A DNA stretch of 64,000 nucleotides from an uncultured Anaerotruncus sp. (lineage in GTDB: Bacteria > Bacillota > Clostridia > Oscillospirales > CAG-272), in NCBI GenBank assembly GCA_902461815.1, contig CABPZE010000001.1:129374-193373 (forward strand), given 5' to 3'. The notes beneath the pieces are model-generated. The model worked only from the letters and a program-made list of their open reading frames with translations, was not told the DNA's origin and did no database searches. Shown here piece by piece: positions 57,054-64,000 of the stretch (the first letter of the stretch is position 1; the number at the start of each line of letters is the position of its first letter). Position numbers and translations under genes: made by a program.

Positions 57054-57090
57054 ACAATTCGTTCAGGATTACCCGAAAGGAGGTTATCAT

Positions 57091-58749
57091 ATGGTTGAGG
57101 TAACAATTTACGATAAAAAAATTTCCGTCCCGGTCGGGACGCGTGTTATTGATCTTATGAGCGAGGAAGACAAACACAATTACCTTGTTTGTCAGATAGG
57201 CGCTCAGATAAAGGAGTTGAGATACCGCCTTTCCGAAAAGAATGACGGTATGAAAATATCCTTCAAGGGACTTGAAAATATTGAAGGCGGAAAAGCATAT
57301 GAGGCAAGTCTGCGCTTTATAATTGCAATGGCTTTTCATAATATTTATCCTGATGTCAGAATTCGCTTCAGCTACAATGTGTCCCGCTCTGTATTCTGTC
57401 AGGCGCTCACTCCGGGATTTAATATGTACAGGGCTGCCGAGAGCATTAAAAACGAAGTCAGCAGGATAATTGCCGCCGACCTGCCTATCGAGCGTGTAAC
57501 TGTCTCCAAAGAGGAGGCGGAGGAAATATACCGACGCTTCGATCATCTTGATAAGATAGATATCCTCAGATACCGTCCCGAAAGCACGGTAAATCTTTAT
57601 GTCTGCGACGGATATTATGACTATATGCATTCTTACATGGTAGCCTCTACGGGATGCATACGCAAATATCTTATTGAGCCGTACAGCCCCGGGATGATCG
57701 TGCAGTATCCAAGATACGAGCTTGATGCTGAGATACCGGAGTTTGTTGAAGAAACCACATACGGAAGAACACTGCAGAAGGCGTATAACTGGTCAAAAAA
57801 GGCACATCTCCAGACCATTGCCGACATTAACCGCAAGGTCGAGCAAAACAGCATTGTTGATTTTGTTCAGATGTGCGAAGCGCGGCACAGCAATATGCTG
57901 TCCGAGCTTGGCAAAGCTATTGAAGAGGATATAGATAATATACGCCTCATCTGTATAGCAGGACCCAGCTCAAGCGGAAAGACAACATTCTGCAACCGGC
58001 TTCGCATTGAGCTGTTATCACGCGGGATCAATCCGGTTATGATCTCTATGGACGATTACTACTGCAACCGTGACGAGATATGCCGTATTCAGAACACAAC
58101 TCCTGACAGCGTTGATCTTGAGCACATCAATTGTCTTGATATTGAACGATTCAACAAGGATCTGTTTGACCTTATCAACGGTGAAGAGGTCACACTGCCG
58201 CGCTTTAACTTCAAGACCGGAAGACGTGAAAGCGGAAGAACGATACGGGTGGAGGAAAATCATCCTATCATTATTGAGGGTATTCATGCGCTTAACGAGA
58301 AGCTGACAGCATCTATACCCAAGCATCAGAAATATAAGATATATATTGCTCCGCAGGCTCAGATAAATATCGACGACCATTCACCGCTCAATATCACAGA
58401 CCTGCGTCTGATACGACGCATCGTAAGGGATATGAGCTTCAGGGGCAGTCCTGCGGCAAAGACGATCGAAATGTGGCAGTCGGTACGCAACGGAGAATTC
58501 AAGTGGATATATCCCAATCAGGAGGGGGCAAACTTTGTTTTCAATTCCGCACTTCAGTACGAGCTTTGCGTACTCCGCACCAAAGCGCTTCCCGCTTTGC
58601 GTGAGATCAAGTATACCGATCCGCAGTTTCTTGTGGCAAACAGGCTGATAAAGTATCTTAAATATTTCCGTCCCATAGAGGATGAATCGGTAATTCCTTG
58701 CAACTCTCTGATGCGCGAATTTATCGGCGGAAGCTGTTTTGACGTATAA
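57091..58749 (+). CDS. Uridine kinase/phosphoribulokinase-family P-loop kinase with an N-terminal ThrRS-like (TGS plus additional) domain
   Basis: The C-terminal half has ICIAGPSSSGKTTFCNRL, ISMDDYY, IIEGIHALN and RRIVRDMSFRG. The N-terminal ~270 aa begins VEVTIYDKKISVPVGTRVIDL (TGS-like). Confidence 0.7.
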   Translation: MVEVTIYDKKISVPVGTRVIDLMSEEDKHNYLVCQIGAQIKELRYRLSEKNDGMKISFKGLENIEGGKAYEASLRFIIAMAFHNIYPDVRIRFSYNVSRSVFCQALTPGFNMYRAAESIKNEVSRIIAADLPIERVTVSKEEAEEIYRRFDHLDKIDILRYRPESTVNLYVCDGYYDYMHSYMVASTGCIRKYLIEPYSPGMIVQYPRYELDAEIPEFVEETTYGRTLQKAYNWSKKAHLQTIADINRKVEQNSIVDFVQMCEARHSNMLSELGKAIEEDIDNIRLICIAGPSSSGKTTFCNRLRIELLSRGINPVMISMDDYYCNRDEICRIQNTTPDSVDLEHINCLDIERFNKDLFDLINGEEVTLPRFNFKTGRRESGRTIRVEENHPIIIEGIHALNEKLTASIPKHQKYKIYIAPQAQINIDDHSPLNITDLRLIRRIVRDMSFRGSPAAKTIEMWQSVRNGEFKWIYPNQEGANFVFNSALQYELCVLRTKALPALREIKYTDPQFLVANRLIKYLKYFRPIEDESVIPCNSLMREFIGGSCFDV

Positions 58750-58782
58750 GTCTGATTAATTTGATTCTGATGTAAAAAATGA

Positions 58783-58821
58783 CCGGGCAGGTTCGGATCT
58801 TCTTGATCTTTTCCTGCCCGG
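58783..58821 (-). terminator. Terminator hairpin after queH
   Basis: Minus strand CCGGGCAGG...CCTGCCCGG followed by TCATTTTTT. Confidence 0.7.
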
Positions 58822-58827
58822 CGCAGT

Positions 58828-59442
58828 TTATTCTGTTGATTTGGGCTTCGAAAAAACACAGCCGCAGTAATTCTGTCGGTACAGACTGTACTCATGCGAA
58901 AGCTCTATTGAGCGTTTGTATCCTTCGCGTTTTTTGAAGTCGGAGGGAAGAAAAGGCACTCCGTATTCCGCGGCAAGCTCCATGCCTATTTGGTTCAGCT
59001 TTTCGCAGTTTTTCAGCGGACTTATCGATAGCGTGGTACAGAACCAGTCAAATCCATGAGCAGCGGCATATTTTGCGGCGCGCTCAAGACGCAGACGATA
59101 GCATATAAAGCAACGCTCGCCTCCCTCCGGAGCATCCTCTGAGCCTTGTACTGCGGAATAAAACTCCTCGGGATCGTAATTGTCGACAATGAGCTTTACA
59201 TCCCGTGCCAGGGGAAACTCGCCGATAAACCGCCGCTGCTCCTCAGCCCGTTTCACAAATTCACTTTGAGGAGAGATGTTCGGATTGTAATAAAGCACGG
59301 TGATATCAAAATATCGGGAGAGATATTCAAGACAGTAGCTGCTGCACGGGGCACAGCAGCTGTGAAGCAGCAGTGTTGGACGCTTATCTCCAAGAGAGGC
59401 AATAATGCTGTCAAGCTTTTTCTGATAGTTTACAATGTTCAT
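58828..59442 (-). CDS. queH: Epoxyqueuosine reductase QueH (DUF208)
   Basis: LLLHSCCAPCSSYCLEYL and YCGCVFS motifs. Start is at MNIVNYQKKL (59442). The longer ORF-track version would overlap the upstream gene. Confidence 0.85.
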   Translation of the reverse strand: MNIVNYQKKLDSIIASLGDKRPTLLLHSCCAPCSSYCLEYLSRYFDITVLYYNPNISPQSEFVKRAEEQRRFIGEFPLARDVKLIVDNYDPEEFYSAVQGSEDAPEGGERCFICYRLRLERAAKYAAAHGFDWFCTTLSISPLKNCEKLNQIGMELAAEYGVPFLPSDFKKREGYKRSIELSHEYSLYRQNYCGCVFSKPKSTE

Positions 59443-59482
59443 TTTCAGTTTAATGGGCGGCACATCGGTACCGCCCATCTTA

Positions 59483-60820
59483 TTATTTTTCAGATTTTTC
59501 TGATTCACGGTCGTCATCCGCGTCATCGTCGTCATCGCCTTCGGCGGGTTTATTCAGCACTACCGTGAGCTTGGTTACGCGCATATCGTCCATTTCGGTA
59601 ACGATAACGTAAAGTCTGCGATATGTAAAGCTGTCTCCGACGTGCGGATCGGAATTGAGATTTTCTACCGCCCAGCCGCCGACTGTAGAATATTCGCTTT
59701 CAAAGTCGCGGGGCTTATAGTTTATCTCGTTAAAGAAATCGTAAATATTGGTCTCCCCGAGAACTTCAAAGGTATTTTCGCCTGTTGAAACAATGTCGGT
59801 AACTATTTCATCCGATTCATCCCAGATGTCGCCGACCAATTCCTCAAGTATGTCCTCAATCGTTACAACTCCCATTGTGCCGCCGAATTCGTCGATGACA
59901 ATTGCAATATGAGTGCGGCGGTCGCGCAGATGCCTCAGCGCATCGGGCAGATGCATGGTCTTATGCAGGAAGCAGGGCTTGAGCAGCAGGGAACGTATGT
60001 CGACATCGGGATTGTCAACCGCTTCACGGTAGTAGTGATTGAGGTAAAGAATACCGATAATATTGTCGATCCCGTCTTCATAAACCGGAATGCGCGAGTA
60101 GGTCGATTCCTCGATAGTCTCAACAATGGTTTCCCGGTCGTCGTCGATGTCGATGGTTGTCAGATCAATACGGGGAGTCATTACCTCCTCGATGGTCGTT
60201 TCATGGAATTCAAGCGTGGACTGAAGCAAGTCGCTTTGACCCTCGTCGATGACTCCTTCCTCCTCGACTGTGTCGATTATAGAAGAAAACTCCTCCTCGG
60301 TCACATCGACCCCTTCGTTTTTATCCTTGCCCCAGATCTTTCGGAGTACCCACAAAAGCCCCATGACAATGATTACGGCAGGGAATAGTATTATCGTAAG
60401 GATAAGAACAGGAACTGCGACCCAACGCACCACGGTATCTGCGTGCTGCTTGCAGAGACGTTTGGGAACGATCTCTCCGAAGATCAACACGATTATTGTC
60501 ATGATTATCGTGGAGAGCGTGGAAGCAAGTGCGTCTCCGCCATTTACATTTGCCAAAAGTGCAATGGCAATTGATGTAGACGCAGTTGAGGCGGCGATAT
60601 TGGCAAGGTTGTTGCCGATAAGAATGGCAGAAAGGGCAGTGGTAAAGCTTTCGCTTATTTTGCACGCAAGCCGAGCTGTGCGCGAGCCTGATTCGCTGGC
60701 CTTGCGCAAGCGCATTTTGTTTGAGGCGTTGAAGGATATCTCGCTTCCAGAGAAAAACGCCGAAAGCACCAGCATTACAAAAATAATAATTCCGTAGGCT
60801 ATATATTTACCCGCAGTCAT
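59483..60820 (-). CDS. CNNM/hemolysin-family membrane protein (DUF21-CBS pair-CorC_HlyC), acidic C-terminal tail
   Basis: Four N-terminal TM helices (FFSGSEISF), a CBS pair (VMTPRIDL...IPVYEDGIDNIIGILY), CorC-type DEFGGTMGVVTIEDILEELVGDIWDE, and the tail EGDDDDDADDDRESEKSEK. Confidence 0.85.
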   Translation of the reverse strand: MTAGKYIAYGIIIFVMLVLSAFFSGSEISFNASNKMRLRKASESGSRTARLACKISESFTTALSAILIGNNLANIAASTASTSIAIALLANVNGGDALASTLSTIIMTIIVLIFGEIVPKRLCKQHADTVVRWVAVPVLILTIILFPAVIIVMGLLWVLRKIWGKDKNEGVDVTEEEFSSIIDTVEEEGVIDEGQSDLLQSTLEFHETTIEEVMTPRIDLTTIDIDDDRETIVETIEESTYSRIPVYEDGIDNIIGILYLNHYYREAVDNPDVDIRSLLLKPCFLHKTMHLPDALRHLRDRRTHIAIVIDEFGGTMGVVTIEDILEELVGDIWDESDEIVTDIVSTGENTFEVLGETNIYDFFNEINYKPRDFESEYSTVGGWAVENLNSDPHVGDSFTYRRLYVIVTEMDDMRVTKLTVVLNKPAEGDDDDDADDDRESEKSEK

Positions 60821-62121
60821 CAGACACTCACCTCCGGTTTTTCAGGATCGGTGTTTTCGTCGGATGTGAAGCTTTCATCAAGTATGCGGAAGACAAGCTT
60901 TGTCACACGTGTTTCGCTTACTTCGTCAACTATCACTTCAATATTGCCGTAAATAAAGGATTCCTCCTCCTCGGGCAGACGTCCGAAACGCTCCTGAACC
61001 CAGACTCCTACCGGCTGAGCGGCAGCTCTTCCGGCATCGGACGGAATATCAACACCCATACGTTCCAGAACATCGCCAAGCGACAGCGACGGACTCACAA
61101 GAAAACGGTTCCCGCCGAGCTTAATAAAGTCCTCCTCGACAACATCCTCCTCGTCCCATATCTCACCAACCAGTTCCTCAAGGAAATCTTCGATGGTAAC
61201 GATTCCGCAAACGAAATTATTCTCGTCGCGCACGATACCAAGGTAGATCTTGTGCTGCCGCATTGCATCGAGCAGGTCGTCGATATTGTCGGTGCTTTTT
61301 ACAAAATGAGGCTTAAGAAGTACCGAACGGATATTGACCTTTTTGTCGCGTATGTATGCGCGAAGGAATTTCCTTATCGGCAGAACTCCGACAACATTGT
61401 CAAGTGTTCCGTCGCATACAAGAATGCGGGAGTGAGGAATTGATTTGATCCTGTCGATGATCTCTCGGTTTGACAAGCTTACGTCGATATACTGAATATC
61501 GTCGCGCATAGTCATAACGTCACGTGCACAGGTCTCGTCAAAATCAAGCGCAGACTTGAGCATATCGCTCTGCTCCTCGTTCATGACGCCCTGTTCTTCG
61601 GCGGTATCAATTATCTCGTACAGCTCTTCCTCTGTTATCGACGGGGTCTCCTCGTGCTTGAACAGGCGGGAGAAGAAGGATGAGATAATGCCGAAGACCT
61701 TGGCAAGAGGGTAAAATACCTTCATCATGAAGATCATCGAGGATGCCGTGAGAAGCGCTACCGTGTCTGGGCGATCATTGGCGAAGCTCTTGGGGATCAT
61801 CTCGCTGAACAGAAAAACTATTCCGGTGGTGATGAACGTACATGCAAGTGTGGCTGCCTCCGACATATTGTCACCGAAAATACGGGTAACATACAGCGTA
61901 GAAACAGATGCCGCGGCAATATGCGTAATATTTATACCGATAAGCAGTGTAGTCAGCGCTCTGTCGAAGTTATTTGCGACATACATCGCGTTTTTGGCTT
62001 TGCGGTTGCCGTTGTCGGCAAGATTTTTGATGCGGATCTTATTCATGGCGGAAAAAGCGCTTTCGGCGCAGGCAAAATATCCGCCAAGAACTACAAAAAT
62101 TACAAAAATAGCGATCAGCAT
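60820..62121 (-). CDS. CNNM/hemolysin-family membrane protein (DUF21-CBS pair-CorC_HlyC), paralog of the downstream gene
   Basis: Same architecture as its neighbour (CAESAFSAMNKIR, VMTMRDDI, IVTIEDFLEELVGEIWDEED). Its stop shares one nucleotide with the next gene's ATG (TGATG). Confidence 0.85.
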   Translation of the reverse strand: MLIAIFVIFVVLGGYFACAESAFSAMNKIRIKNLADNGNRKAKNAMYVANNFDRALTTLLIGINITHIAAASVSTLYVTRIFGDNMSEAATLACTFITTGIVFLFSEMIPKSFANDRPDTVALLTASSMIFMMKVFYPLAKVFGIISSFFSRLFKHEETPSITEEELYEIIDTAEEQGVMNEEQSDMLKSALDFDETCARDVMTMRDDIQYIDVSLSNREIIDRIKSIPHSRILVCDGTLDNVVGVLPIRKFLRAYIRDKKVNIRSVLLKPHFVKSTDNIDDLLDAMRQHKIYLGIVRDENNFVCGIVTIEDFLEELVGEIWDEEDVVEEDFIKLGGNRFLVSPSLSLGDVLERMGVDIPSDAGRAAAQPVGVWVQERFGRLPEEEESFIYGNIEVIVDEVSETRVTKLVFRILDESFTSDENTDPEKPEVSV

Positions 62122-62292
62122 AAACTGTCACCGTCCATTAAGAAAACCATCTCCTCAAAACTCTTATTTATTGCCGCTACGCTACGGCAGTATTATATTG
62201 ATTATATTCCTTTAGTGTCGGTTTGTCAAGAGTAACTGAGCTTTTTTTATAAATCCTTCGATTTTCGTCACAATGATGAAGTCGGCGTTGTC

Positions 62293-62321
62293 TTGACACG
62301 CAGACGGCGACATGATATAAT
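62293..62321 (+). promoter_or_regulatory. Sigma-A promoter of the sulfatase gene
   Basis: TTGACA (62293-62298), 17 nt, TGaTATAAT (ending 62321). Confidence 0.65.
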
Positions 62322-62365
62322 TATTGCAATATAAAATGAATGATTGATTTTTCCGGAGGCAGTAA

Positions 62366-63682
62366 ATGAATTTTGTTTACGTTCATACCCATGACAGCGG
62401 TCGGATAATGCAGCCATACGGCGTGGCGGCTGATAACCCCGCACTTATGGAGCTTGCAAATGAAGGAACCGTTTTTCGTCAGATGTACTGCACCGCTCCT
62501 ACCTGTTCACCGAGCCGCGCGGGAATGCTTACCGGAATGGCGCCGCACAGCTGCGGAATGCTGGGACTTGCTCATCGGGGATGGTCGCTGAACGATTATT
62601 CCCGCCATCTTGGTAACTATCTTGCCACGCAGGGTTACTATACGGCACTTATCGGAGTTCATCACGAATGCGATAAGAAAAACGCTTCCGTTATTGGATA
62701 TTCAGAATGGACATACGAGGCGGGAAAGGGAAATGACGAGACTGACCGCAATCACATTACCCGCGTAAAGGATTTTCTCGCCGGAGCCAAAGACCTTGGG
62801 CGTCCGTTCTTTCTTTCCTTCGGAATGCGGAATACGCACCGTCCGTGGCCGAAAAATCCGTGTCCTCCGGTTGATTACGTCAAACCGCCATACTATATTG
62901 CGGATACACCCGAAAACCGTCTTGACTATTGCGACTATCTTGAAAGCCTCTCTCATGCGGATGCATGCATCGGCGAGCTGATTTCTTCGCTTAAGGAAAA
63001 CGGTCTTTGGGATGATACTATTGTGCTTTATACAACCGACCACGGTCTTGCATATCCCGACGCGAAATGCACTCTTTATGACAGCGGAATAGGCGTGGCG
63101 TTTATTCTCCGTCGCCCGGGTCAGAAGCATTCGGTTTGCAACGCGCTGTGTACTCAGCTTGATCTGTTTCCTACCGTCTGCGACCTGCTCGGTGTAAAAA
63201 AGCCAGATTGGCTTCAGGGTCGTTCAATGCTTCCGCTGCTTGACGGAAGTGCCGAGGAAATAAACGAATTTGTTTTTGCGGAGGTTACCTTTCACGCCAC
63301 ATATCAGCCCATGCGCTGTGTGCGTAGCAAGCATTACAAGCTCATCCGGTTCTATGACGGTGGAGAGCTTTTGAAAGCGCCTAACATCGACGAAAGCTCG
63401 GCGAAGGATCTGTACTTGAGCAAGCCGCTTCCACGACAGCCTATGGCGAAGGAGATGTTCTTTGACCTTGATGCCGATCCTGCGGAACGTATAAATCTTG
63501 TCGGAAATCCCGAATATGAATCGGAATATCTGCGTCACGCCGCGGCGCTTGACGACTGGATGGTGCGCACCGATGACCCGATGCTGCGCGGTGAAAATAT
63601 GTACACCCTCGGACGCGGAAAAATAATAAATCCGCTCGACGTATGGGCGCCGGACAGCAAATCCACTTATGTGATAGAATAA
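62366..63682 (+). CDS. Sulfatase family protein (Cys-type formylglycine motif), no signal peptide
   Basis: VYVHTHDSG metal site, CTAPTCSPSRAGMLTG (C-x-P-x-R motif), and YTTDHG. Confidence 0.8.
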   Translation: MNFVYVHTHDSGRIMQPYGVAADNPALMELANEGTVFRQMYCTAPTCSPSRAGMLTGMAPHSCGMLGLAHRGWSLNDYSRHLGNYLATQGYYTALIGVHHECDKKNASVIGYSEWTYEAGKGNDETDRNHITRVKDFLAGAKDLGRPFFLSFGMRNTHRPWPKNPCPPVDYVKPPYYIADTPENRLDYCDYLESLSHADACIGELISSLKENGLWDDTIVLYTTDHGLAYPDAKCTLYDSGIGVAFILRRPGQKHSVCNALCTQLDLFPTVCDLLGVKKPDWLQGRSMLPLLDGSAEEINEFVFAEVTFHATYQPMRCVRSKHYKLIRFYDGGELLKAPNIDESSAKDLYLSKPLPRQPMAKEMFFDLDADPAERINLVGNPEYESEYLRHAAALDDWMVRTDDPMLRGENMYTLGRGKIINPLDVWAPDSKSTYVIE

Positions 63683-63699
63683 ATCTGCACATCAGACCC

Positions 63700-64000
63700 A
63701 TGATCTCAAATAAATTCAGAATCGGCGACGCCGTAATGATTGTTGCGGTGTTGCTTTGCGCGGCGATGTCCTGCATTGGAATGTGGATGCCCGCCGAAAC
63801 CGGAAAGGTCGTCGAGGCAGTGAACAGCGACGGTTGCATCGGTACTTTTCGTCTTGATACTGATGGAGAATATATAATTGAATCCGGCGGCTACACGCTT
63901 GTCCTGACGGTATCTGACGGGAAAGCCAGTGTTTCCGAATCAGATTGCAGATGCGGTATCTGCACGGCACACGCCCCGATTTCAAGATCCGGAGAGACGA
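63700..64000 (+). CDS. NusG domain II-containing (DUF1312-like) membrane-anchored protein, partial; the 3' end lies beyond the window
   Basis: My own translation gives MISNKFRIGDAVMIVAVLLCAAMSCIG...YTLVLTVSDGKASVSESDCRCGICTAH. It has an N-terminal TM anchor, a beta-rich domain and a CxCxxC motif. Confidence 0.55.
   Translation, partial: MISNKFRIGDAVMIVAVLLCAAMSCIGMWMPAETGKVVEAVNSDGCIGTFRLDTDGEYIIESGGYTLVLTVSDGKASVSESDCRCGICTAHAPISRSGET

Noticed and set aside
1-64000. CRISPR arrays, rRNA genes, insertion sequences, integrases and prophage modules
   Set aside because: I scanned for regularly spaced direct repeats, for rRNA-like long non-ORF stretches, and for transposase, integrase or phage structural motifs in the ORF translations. 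I found none. The DnaD/DnaI pair sits in housekeeping context (tsaD-rex upstream, kinase downstream), so I do not consider it phage-derived.

Overview
This is a chromosomal segment from a Gram-positive anaerobe. Gene content suggests Clostridia, probably Oscillospiraceae/Ruminococcaceae-like, but that is inference: T-box leaders, an IspH-S1 fusion, holB-yaaT, DnaD/DnaI and Rex. Most of the window is densely packed housekeeping genes. In order: murE (partial), a GNAT, a nucleobase permease, an RpiR regulator, cmk-plsC-ispH/S1, nagB, a MinD-like ATPase with an MGS-like protein, T-box thrS, T-box valS, tRNA-Thr(GGU), ccdA-tlpA, gap, asnA, ttcA-HAD-trmN6, a small ferredoxin, yaaT-holB, a ZIP transporter, oppBCDFA, malQ, rpe, ispF-ispD-rpiB, tsaB-tsaE, galU, dCMP deaminase, rimI-tsaD-rex-dnaD-dnaI, a uridine-kinase fusion, queH, two tandem CNNM genes, a sulfatase and a partial NusG-II gene. 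I saw no rRNA, CRISPR array, transposase, integrase or obvious prophage. Four places stand out. (1) A stand-alone ECF-type sigma factor is fused to a ~670-aa soluble, internally duplicated C-terminal region (43441-46044). (2) A single ORF fuses a 4'-phosphopantetheinyl transferase domain to a WecB/TagA/CpsF (GT26) glycosyltransferase domain and directly follows ccdA-tlpA (19026-21734). (3) A visibly AT-richer islet (about 25080-27276) carries a lipoprotein gene and a small protein with a caspase-like His...Cys spacing. (4) That islet lies between an intramembrane-sensing-type two-component system (23233-24907) and the badly decayed remnant of an ABC ATPase/FtsX permease pair (27277-28182). All family assignments come from reading motifs in the translations. 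No database search was run.
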